From NCBI GenBank assembly GCA_965140415.1, contig OZ223209.1, positions 3,776,001 through 3,840,000 of the forward strand: DNA of 64,000 nt. The letters run 5' to 3'. Shown here one piece after another: positions 21,522 through 29,480 of this stretch. Source of the DNA: Myxococcota bacterium. GTDB taxonomy: Bacteria > Myxococcota_A > SURF-8. Both the position numbers and the translations under genes were made by a program. The notes beneath the pieces are model-generated. The model saw only the letters and a list, made by a program, of their open reading frames with translations. It made no database searches and had not been told where the DNA came from. Every line of letters begins with the position of its first letter. Within the stretch, counting starts at the first letter, position 1.

Positions 21522-22190
21522 TTACCCAATGTGTTGATTTTCAATATGCCCGCACGCATCTTCATTCAAACCGGTAAGGCAGTTCCATGCCTTTCGGGTC
21601 AAATGCAGATTTGCGGTCAGAATACATTCCGGCCAATGTTTGTCCGTCATGTAATCGATGCTAATCAATCCAGCGTTAACCAATGGTGGCAGTAAATCAC
21701 GAGCCTCGATCCATCCCTGTAATGAATCAGGTTGACAGATAAGGTTCAATATTTCCTCAACAACCATGGTCTGGAAGAGATTGGCGGGTTGGATGATTTT
21801 ACTCAGCATATTTCCAGAAATGCTTCCAATAAGGAGCAGAGTCAAAATTAGACGCTGCTCACCGTTCAATTTGTGGATGCATTCCAGTGCTTGAATTCCT
21901 AAGTAATTGTCTCCATATGCCATGCGGGTTTGTGACAAGCGTTCATCGATGATGGCGCGGATTTCTAGTGCTTTCATGTTCGATTGTTCCATGAGGTGAA
22001 GTAGATTTTCCTTCTGCACTCTTTCAATTATTCCAATTGTCTTTTTCTCATGTACTTGGGATTCCATCGAATTTAACTCGTCAAGCCGTTCTTTGATGCC
22101 AATAAGCTCGGCCTTAGCCTGCAAATATTCAGCCTCTGCATCGAGGTATTCCAGGTCAGATTCATACGGAAGTACGTTTTTGGGGGACAT
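21522..22190 (-). CDS. Hypothetical protein resembling the N-terminal helical/winged-helix part of AAA ATPases, without an ATPase domain
   Basis: PYESDLEYL, IDERLSQT..LGIQAL..HKLN..QRLILTLLL, PLVNAGLISI; RBS GGAG; no Walker motifs. Confidence 0.55.
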   Translation of the reverse strand: MSPKNVLPYESDLEYLDAEAEYLQAKAELIGIKERLDELNSMESQVHEKKTIGIIERVQKENLLHLMEQSNMKALEIRAIIDERLSQTRMAYGDNYLGIQALECIHKLNGEQRLILTLLLIGSISGNMLSKIIQPANLFQTMVVEEILNLICQPDSLQGWIEARDLLPPLVNAGLISIDYMTDKHWPECILTANLHLTRKAWNCLTGLNEDACGHIENQHIG

Positions 22191-22295
22191 TATTATCTCC
22201 TACGAATGCTGGGGAGGACTGTTCCTCTAGTTCTATTACACAGGATTCGGAAGAGTTTAAAGAAATAATATTCTGAAGAAAGAGTTTGTTGTAAA

Positions 22296-24578
22296 TTAAA
22301 AGATTGTTCCGATCAGCCAATCAAAATCTTTTACCCATTGCCAATTTTCGAGGATAACCTTCGCATCGGATAATGCAGTTTGCCTTGGTTGGGTTTTCTC
22401 CAACACCAGATTTTCCAGATTTCTGGAAAATTGAAGGGCTAGAGTTTTTGGGTTGATATTCTTGATCAGTTTACATATTGACTCAATCCTAGCAATTGTC
22501 GGGTTGATAGAGTCTACGTTGACTGTAATATGCTGAATCGCGCCATTGTATCGATAGTAAAGAATAAACACTCTGGCATTGGATTTGCTTCTCTTAGCAT
22601 TCAGGACTATTAAATCAGTCTTGGGAATACTCCGTTTTCTCTCTGGTGGTTTTCTGGTAGCAGCTTGTTTTTCTCGTTTAAAATGAATGATAAGGCCGTT
22701 TTCTGTTGTAGATCTGCTGATTTCATTCAATCCATCGAAAACACTTTCCTCGCAATGCCAGCAATTACCGGGATGGATGAGGAACGCAACTCTACCTAAG
22801 ATACTTCCAACCCGAGCCAATTGATGGATAGCCCATGGAATTCTCCATTCCGGAACTTCCTGATCAAGTTCACGTAAATCAAAGGGGATCGGGTGGAGAT
22901 TTCCTTTTCTCTGAGAATTCTTCCAGTCCAGAGGCCGGTAATAATTTCCCGCGCTTAATCGTTTCCCTCCTTTCAACAGATCTAAATCTTCTGGTCGTAT
23001 GGATTGAAATACGGGATCTAGTGAGGTGAGGAAATGTTCTTCCTCATCCCCACCATAACCGGGAGTTACCCCAGCCTCGGAGCCGATTCGTAAATCATTT
23101 CTCCTACCGTTATTAATCACAATAATATTAACTTCTCTTTTAAGGAGACTACCCACCTTATTATTGGGATTTAGCGTATTTATCCTGAGTTCATGAGACA
23201 GATCATATAAACTGGAACCTAGATAATTCCAGATTTGATCGTTACCACAATGAAATTCACTATAGAGCGAATCTATAGATTCTTCCTCCATATCAGATAG
23301 AACATTATCATCTTTGGACATCAGGAGGGATAGGGTACACAACCCTTCTTCCGGATATTCATCCTTTACCAAGGAAGATCCTTGGCGGATGACCGGGCCG
23401 CAGGCCCCCTCATCGCCGGTGGGAGGCGATGATGAACTGGGGACAATATTGAAATATTTCTTAAAATATGTCTTTGAAATTGACTTGTAGGTTGAACTCT
23501 TCCTTATTTGATTGAGGCTTGGATTTGGAGATAGGCAGGATTTCAACTGTTCCAATTTATTAGAAGTTAATCCGATTTCATCCTTATTTACGTAAAACGT
23601 TTTTATCAACTCCGCTGGTTCATTTTCTGTGTTGAAAATTTTCGTTGATTTTCCCTCTGTTCCAATCGGACGGATATTTCTAAATCCCAAACCATACATA
23701 ATTTCTGAACAAATACAAAATCCTTCTCTAGCTTTCTCCCGAGTGGCGGCAGGGATTATAATATCATCACCATAGCAGGCTAAATGGAAACCGGATTTCT
23801 TCATTTCCTTCGCAATCTTGCTCATCACGAGATTAAAGATCAGTGGAGAAATAGGATTGCCCTGCTCTATTCCTTTCCCATGAGATTTGTAAAGTTTTCC
23901 ATCGGGTAGTCTTGTTCTGATACTTGCGAGTGCTACCAAATGTCTCCTAGCCGAATGATTCAACCCCAATTCTTTTAGCGTCGAATGGATTGCTCGATGC
24001 GGAAGCTGACCGAACGCATCTGTAAGATCTAATGAAACAACCCAAGGTCCGTGATTCCGAATGAGATTCAGAACAGTCCCTGCGAAAATGTCCTGAATAG
24101 TGATCCCATCAGGTCTATTTCTATAAGCTTCAAATTCACTCACTCCTCGAAACGCCACGATGGTAGGCTCTAAATAACCTTTCTGATTCGCTCTTTCTTG
24201 CAGGAAATGACGATGGTAAATAGAATACAATCTCTTCATCTCTGAGGGCATATCTATAGGACGGAGTTTACCGTTCTGTTTTGGTTCATATCTGCGGTGA
24301 CTTGTCATGAAATCCAACCAATGGTCCAAATCATTCAATTTCCAAGCCAGATCGTTGAAGAACCGAATATCCATTGCCATTGCTTTATCATGAATCATTC
24401 TCTTGCTGTGGCCGTTCTCATCTAGATAATCTACTCCACCATTGTGATGAACCTTTTCTTCAGAGAGGGGATCTGCGGACAGCATCGAATAGGCAATGTT
24501 CATCAATTGCTCACCGTTAACAGGCGGTATGAATCGCTCTGGTTTTATTGGTAAAAATTCTTTCCAATCCACGCTCAT
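22296..24578 (-). CDS. Group II intron-like reverse transcriptase with a ~380-aa C-terminal extension (likely start 24578; the ORF track uses 24638)
   Basis: RT motifs GGVD, PKQNGKLRPIDMP, VAFRG, WVVSLDLTDAFGQLPH, GIEQGNPISPLIFNLVM, YGDDIII. GGAG-N6-ATG at 24578 overlaps the upstream stop (ATGA). Confidence 0.92.
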   Translation of the reverse strand: MSVDWKEFLPIKPERFIPPVNGEQLMNIAYSMLSADPLSEEKVHHNGGVDYLDENGHSKRMIHDKAMAMDIRFFNDLAWKLNDLDHWLDFMTSHRRYEPKQNGKLRPIDMPSEMKRLYSIYHRHFLQERANQKGYLEPTIVAFRGVSEFEAYRNRPDGITIQDIFAGTVLNLIRNHGPWVVSLDLTDAFGQLPHRAIHSTLKELGLNHSARRHLVALASIRTRLPDGKLYKSHGKGIEQGNPISPLIFNLVMSKIAKEMKKSGFHLACYGDDIIIPAATREKAREGFCICSEIMYGLGFRNIRPIGTEGKSTKIFNTENEPAELIKTFYVNKDEIGLTSNKLEQLKSCLSPNPSLNQIRKSSTYKSISKTYFKKYFNIVPSSSSPPTGDEGACGPVIRQGSSLVKDEYPEEGLCTLSLLMSKDDNVLSDMEEESIDSLYSEFHCGNDQIWNYLGSSLYDLSHELRINTLNPNNKVGSLLKREVNIIVINNGRRNDLRIGSEAGVTPGYGGDEEEHFLTSLDPVFQSIRPEDLDLLKGGKRLSAGNYYRPLDWKNSQRKGNLHPIPFDLRELDQEVPEWRIPWAIHQLARVGSILGRVAFLIHPGNCWHCEESVFDGLNEISRSTTENGLIIHFKREKQAATRKPPERKRSIPKTDLIVLNAKRSKSNARVFILYYRYNGAIQHITVNVDSINPTIARIESICKLIKNINPKTLALQFSRNLENLVLEKTQPRQTALSDAKVILENWQWVKDFDWLIGTIF

Positions 24579-25783
24579 TTCCATCTCCAGGCTCCGAATA
24601 ACTTCCCTTTGGGGTTTGGTAACCCATGTGGTGCCCATTGAGGTCCATTGTAATCAAGCCAAATTGGGCGATTTGAAATGCTCCATGGATTGTCAGGATA
24701 GATCTCAATCGTATCCGCACCTTCCAATATCGCTATGGCGTCATGATATTGTCTTGGATCACCAGTAAGAATTACTGGAATACCAGGGCTTGCATGTTTT
24801 GCGAGCAGTTCCAATAGAAGGGATACATGCTCATCATTCTCAGAACTTTGAGACTTGTCGAGTCTGGTAATATTTCTGTATTCGAAAATTGAATCTGGTG
24901 TCCCTGATACGTCTCTGTTAGCAAGATATTGTGCTGCTCCCCATGATGGGGAATCTGGAAGATTCACGATGATTGCTGCCCAGTCCTCCGGCTGAAGTTC
25001 TGGGTTGGAATCTATAAATCCTGGAATCTGATATATCCTGTGATTTCTTACTATTAATGATAAAACTTGCAGGATAGATCCGAACCCGCAACCGATGCAT
25101 AATATCGCAAGATCACTATCACTATCTAGGGTCAAATACTCACGAGAATGTTTATCAACTAGGCCATTTTGAGAGGAATCAATAATTTCAGATACCAGGA
25201 GTATACTTTCTATAGGGGGACGGATGCAATCACAACTATAGATGGAAGTGAATCGTTTTGGCTGCAAATTACAAAGGAAAACTCCATTTTCAGCTATAGG
25301 TTTGTTTGGAATTTGGTAACCATTAAGAGCAGGTAAATCAGAGGAACTGAATCCGTAAAATTCTTTTCCACGGAGTATCTTTTTTTGATTGGTAACATCA
25401 TCAAAGTATTCAATGAAAGGTGCCCCTGACTTGAAATATGTTGGAACTTCATCAAAAATAGTGGAAACCTTCCGCGCCTGTTCAAACATCGCTCTTTCAA
25501 TCCCAAACTTGGCCAATACTTTGGGATTGGGTTCATGTCGATACACGGATTCAATAGCTCCGAGAGTAAATGATTTTAAGAATTGTTTTGTTGATGGCGA
25601 AATAAAACGGCGATGGCGTGTAAGTTCTAATTCTACAACTTGATTTAATGAAAAAGGTCCTTCGTCCAATACCCTGAATCTATTAGGGCCATCAAGCAGG
25701 CTTGAGATTGAATCGTCCATGTTCTCATAGGCTCTATGAAGAATGTCCACTCGCTGTCTCATCTCTATAGAATTTCTTCGCAT
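24575..25783 (-). CDS. Hypothetical protein with a probable degenerate class I SAM-methyltransferase fold in its C-terminal half
   Basis: AILCIGCGFGSI (motif I-like), WAAIIVNLP (NPPY-like position), LLAKHASPGIPVIL (motif VI-like). Confidence 0.6.
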   Translation of the reverse strand: MRRNSIEMRQRVDILHRAYENMDDSISSLLDGPNRFRVLDEGPFSLNQVVELELTRHRRFISPSTKQFLKSFTLGAIESVYRHEPNPKVLAKFGIERAMFEQARKVSTIFDEVPTYFKSGAPFIEYFDDVTNQKKILRGKEFYGFSSSDLPALNGYQIPNKPIAENGVFLCNLQPKRFTSIYSCDCIRPPIESILLVSEIIDSSQNGLVDKHSREYLTLDSDSDLAILCIGCGFGSILQVLSLIVRNHRIYQIPGFIDSNPELQPEDWAAIIVNLPDSPSWGAAQYLANRDVSGTPDSIFEYRNITRLDKSQSSENDEHVSLLLELLAKHASPGIPVILTGDPRQYHDAIAILEGADTIEIYPDNPWSISNRPIWLDYNGPQWAPHGLPNPKGKLFGAWRWK

Positions 25784-25826
25784 TGTTTATATCTGCCTCC
25801 TGAGTCTTATACCTGAATCCTCTATA

Positions 25827-26225
25827 TCAGAATCCGTATGCTTTCAACTGGTCAACAGGGATTACATTCCAAAATCCCTTGTGCCAAACAATGGCTCCAC
25901 CACCGCATTTCAGTGCCTTAGCTGCTTCAATTGCAGCTTCTATGTCATTGAATTTAAGTTCGTTGGGGATGCGGAATGGCAGGTCAAATTCAACCTCTGG
26001 TTTACCCTTCATCGCATTGAGGACTTCAATAAGTTTAAAACGAACAACTTGATGACCCGAGCGATAGGATGGGATCCGTCCATCCCGGGCCATCCGTAAA
26101 ATGCTACCCGGGTGAAGACCGATTTTCTCCGCGAGTTGCTCTGCAGTTAATAATTCGTCGAAATGGTTATCGTTATGCATTTCTCTATTCATTTCCGGAC
26201 TCCTCCATAGATTTCTGTCAATCAA
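25827..26225 (-). CDS. Excisionase-like HTH DNA-binding protein
   Basis: ELLTAEQLAEKIGLHPGSILRMARDGRIPSYRSG..VRF (HTH_17/Xis pattern); the true start may be a downstream ATG near 26192. Confidence 0.85.
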   Translation of the reverse strand: MIDRNLWRSPEMNREMHNDNHFDELLTAEQLAEKIGLHPGSILRMARDGRIPSYRSGHQVVRFKLIEVLNAMKGKPEVEFDLPFRIPNELKFNDIEAAIEAAKALKCGGGAIVWHKGFWNVIPVDQLKAYGF

Positions 26226-26283
26226 CGTCTACTATCTATGGAGGAATATCTATAGAATATTGAGGTACTTGAGTTGCAATAAT

Positions 26284-26964
26284 CTAATTGTCACTAAGCA
26301 TCAGAAACGAATTGCTGTCCGTATATATTCGGGGCGTTTCAAACGTGACCTTAAATGCCAATCCGTGTTTATTAATAATTTCACCTGTCAGTGGATCGAA
26401 TACGAGAGAGCAATCAATTCTGACGCATCGTAAAAGTTTTTTGAGATGGCGTTCAAAAGCTGTTGGGGTTTCAAAAAAATAAACAACGTGATGGTCACTA
26501 TATTTTTTATCGAATAAGAACCAGATACTTTTGTAGTTGCCAACAAAATATGTCTCTACCCAAAGTTCATTTTCATGAAATTTGTATACATTGTAGGGAG
26601 TGGCATCTTGTATCGATGAGTTCCTGTTGTTCAGGTCAGAAATGAAGTAATTCAACTTTTGTGTTTGGATTTCATTTAATTTTTCTGGTTCGATCCTCGA
26701 TATATGATAATGAATCGCGTCTAGTTTGTCGCGATCGATTATTGTTACAACGCTGTACTCATGCGAGATCGTATTTAGCGCTATAAATGAAGGATTGACG
26801 ACTCTACAGTTTTCTGGCAACGCGGCAGTTCTTTTTCTCGGACTTGTGAATTTTATGAGTTTGTCCCTTGTTTTCTTGTCACTTGGACCACAAATAATTT
26901 TTTCCAACCCATATTGTTTGAATATGTAGATCGTTTCTCTTTTTGTTTTCAAAATAACCTCCAA
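26284..26964 (-). CDS. Hypothetical protein
   Basis: 226-codon AT-rich ORF co-oriented with its neighbours; no motif recognised. Confidence 0.6.
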   Translation of the reverse strand: MEVILKTKRETIYIFKQYGLEKIICGPSDKKTRDKLIKFTSPRKRTAALPENCRVVNPSFIALNTISHEYSVVTIIDRDKLDAIHYHISRIEPEKLNEIQTQKLNYFISDLNNRNSSIQDATPYNVYKFHENELWVETYFVGNYKSIWFLFDKKYSDHHVVYFFETPTAFERHLKKLLRCVRIDCSLVFDPLTGEIINKHGLAFKVTFETPRIYTDSNSFLMLSDN

Positions 26965-27323
26965 TTGTTTATATTGTTAAATGATCGAATGGAAGAAATT
27001 GCTTGATTCTTCCGACTGTTCTCTCTAATACCCTTTTGGGGGGAACCTAATATTCTCCTCATTTTATTCATGAGCAATCAGGGACCATAAATCTTGAACG
27101 TTCATAAATATTTTGATGGGATGATAAGCATAAATACTTTAACCCCCTGAATTGACAATGAATATAGCTGTGGTTTACACAGATTATCCCTGGCCGATTC
27201 TGCGCGACACTGTTTGATAATTTGAAAAGGGGGGGTTAAAGGGGGTCGAGACCGTTTGTAGAAGTGGTGCCCCTTATTTATAATCACCTGAATTCAGTCG
27301 AGTTCCAAATCGGCAGATTGAAC

Positions 27324-29105
27324 TCAGGATTTAATTATAGGCAATTTCTGCACTTTCTCAAATCGCGTATGGATCATCACGCTTTTAAAGTGAGCTGGAA
27401 CAATCCACAATTCTTTAATCCATTTTTTTCCTGACATTCGATTCACGGGTTGCATATAGAACCAGTTTGAATTGCTGTACAAGTTTCGAATCATCCCATC
27501 TTTATCATCGCCATAGGTCAATAGGAATGGGTGGCGAGTTTCTTCCAACATATCCCGAAGAAGGAAGTGGTCATCTTCTGTAAACTCATTGGGATAGAAC
27601 TTCTTTCTCGTTCCATCTGCGACATACGGAGGATCGGCGAAAATAAAGCATGAATTAGGTCGATCAATGGCGTCTTTATAAGACTCCAGATGGCATCGAT
27701 TGCCAACGACACGATCATAAACCAAATCGTTCAAAACTGTTATGTGGTCGCAGAAGTTATCGGGCTTCCACCGATCTTTAATCCATCTTTTTGTCGGTTT
27801 TCCTCCGAATTCCCCGAATCCGTTGGGACCTGTTTTCTGGACCATAAACTTGGCAAAGGCTAATTTTGAAAGATATGGGATCAGTTGAGGTATTTCAAAT
27901 AGGGGCTTTTTCAGGTCATCCTCATCTAGTTCTTCCTCTACAATCTCGTTCACAATCTGATCGAAATATTTGTATTTTTTATCTTCGTCAACGAGAAGAA
28001 AATACATTTCATCAGCCGTTTCCTTGGTGAGTTCATAACTAGAAATATAGTCCATAAGGGGCTTTGGATCCTGAATGACAGCTGTAATATAAGCAACCAG
28101 TGGAAAATTCAGATCACTTAGCCTGACCTTTGGGGCTATTCCATTCTTTAAAACATTGATCGAAACAGAACCGCCACCAATGAAAGGTTCCCTGAATTCG
28201 AAATCAAAACCGAGCCCCGATTCTCGAATGATAGCATTGATTAGGACAAGGATATCTTTGATTCCTCGTGTTTTACCTCCTGTGTACGGGACGAAACCGT
28301 TGATCGTGGTGAACATCCTATGATTTATTTCATCTTCTAGAGTGTTTCTTGTTGCTTTGAGCATTTCGGACGAAATGTTTTTATCGAGGGACAAACCTGA
28401 TATCTGTCCATGGAGTTTAGACCATTCCAGTATTTTGATGACTTTTGGGGAAACACCTTTTTGTTCAGGTTGTACTTCCTGTAACGCTTTTGAGATACGG
28501 ATGCCTTTCTGACTTGCAATCCGAATGGTTCTGGTTCGGGTTCTCTTATCGAGTTTCGAAAGCCTCAGGGCTTCAGGCATTGATTTAACCACTCCGGACA
28601 CCACTGCTTTGACAACATCCGGGGCCGTTTCTGCGATATTTTTCGCTTGCCTTATTGTTTCGCTGGAAACTCCTACCTTTTTACCTGCAATCTGAATGGC
28701 TTCTCCCTTATCCGAACCCTCCGCAAAATTTTGTGGAGGGTTCTCTGTCCCAGATTTCATTCGTCTCAAGGCTTTTTCTTTTTCGTGCGGCAGCAACTGG
28801 ACCGCAAGTATCGCCCGCTGTGCTGTAGTTAAATGGCGGCGAGTTAGGTTCAGGCTTGTGGCGTAGTCTAATGCTTCTGCCTCTGTCCCTTTGAATTCTT
28901 CAAATCGGGGAGTTACTCCAGCAATTTGACATGCTCGAAAACGGTTTCGTCCATCAAGTATCGAGCCTTTATAAAGAATTATTGGGTGAATCTGACCATG
29001 TTCTTGAATATCCAAAACTAGTGCCTCAAGATCATCTCCTTCAAGCAGAGGGAAAAATTCACTGTAGGCGTGAAACGAGTATGTTTTTTTCTGTTGTTTT
29101 GCCAT
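27324..29105 (-). CDS. ParB-like N-terminal domain fused to a Dam/D12-class N6-adenine DNA methyltransferase
   Basis: FPLLEGDDLEALVLDIQEHGQIHPII..ILDGRNRFRAC..NLTRRHLT (ParB-N); PYTGGKT, EPFIGGGSV, FADPPY (D12 MTase). Start taken at MAKQQ. Confidence 0.88.
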   Translation of the reverse strand: MAKQQKKTYSFHAYSEFFPLLEGDDLEALVLDIQEHGQIHPIILYKGSILDGRNRFRACQIAGVTPRFEEFKGTEAEALDYATSLNLTRRHLTTAQRAILAVQLLPHEKEKALRRMKSGTENPPQNFAEGSDKGEAIQIAGKKVGVSSETIRQAKNIAETAPDVVKAVVSGVVKSMPEALRLSKLDKRTRTRTIRIASQKGIRISKALQEVQPEQKGVSPKVIKILEWSKLHGQISGLSLDKNISSEMLKATRNTLEDEINHRMFTTINGFVPYTGGKTRGIKDILVLINAIIRESGLGFDFEFREPFIGGGSVSINVLKNGIAPKVRLSDLNFPLVAYITAVIQDPKPLMDYISSYELTKETADEMYFLLVDEDKKYKYFDQIVNEIVEEELDEDDLKKPLFEIPQLIPYLSKLAFAKFMVQKTGPNGFGEFGGKPTKRWIKDRWKPDNFCDHITVLNDLVYDRVVGNRCHLESYKDAIDRPNSCFIFADPPYVADGTRKKFYPNEFTEDDHFLLRDMLEETRHPFLLTYGDDKDGMIRNLYSNSNWFYMQPVNRMSGKKWIKELWIVPAHFKSVMIHTRFEKVQKLPIIKS

Positions 29106-29240
29106 AATTCTGCCTTTATCAGAAGAAATGGAGATTCGTATAATAGTATGGTGCCCTTTGGCCGTCAAACAACAATAATATATCTGCTTTTTGCGTCAGA
29201 ATTTATTTCAAAACGTTCATCAGCTCTGATAGAATTCCTT

Positions 29241-29420
29241 TGTCCATAGCAGATCCGATTCCATCCTGCCCCCGGGGCTGACGGACTGGTTACCCGTGAT
29301 CGGATGGATCGAACAGGTTATGGACAGACAAACAGCCTAGCTTGACGCACACCCATATGCGCCAGGCTAACCACCTGTGTGCCTCTAGGGCGGGGCGCAC
29401 GGAATGGGCTAGGCTGGTTT
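29241..29420 (+). ncRNA. Putative structured non-coding RNA (two multi-branch domains)
   Basis: Stems 29241-50/29317-26, 29256-66/29302-11, 29333-41/29408-16, 29377-85/29392-400; the wobbles are G-U on the + strand. Confidence 0.55.
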
Positions 29421-29480
29421 CGTGTTGCCCTGTTTTTTTTGGGGCCTAACTCTTAATCCATAGCTGCCTGGGGTGTTGTC

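Noticed and set aside
857-24578. CRISPR-associated RT (RNA spacer acquisition)
   Set aside because: The RT is 13 kb from cas3, in a different-composition module separated by IS elements and not fused to Cas1/Cas6; such RTs are known mainly with type III/VI systems.
22190-24700. Group II intron
   Set aside because: No domain V/VI-like sequence follows the stop codon, there is no room for 5' intron RNA because the upstream gene overlaps the start, and no maturase X/HNH motifs are evident.
22296-24700. Retron
   Set aside because: No VTG or NAxxH signature, and no intergenic msr-msd with a1/a2 inverted repeats upstream.
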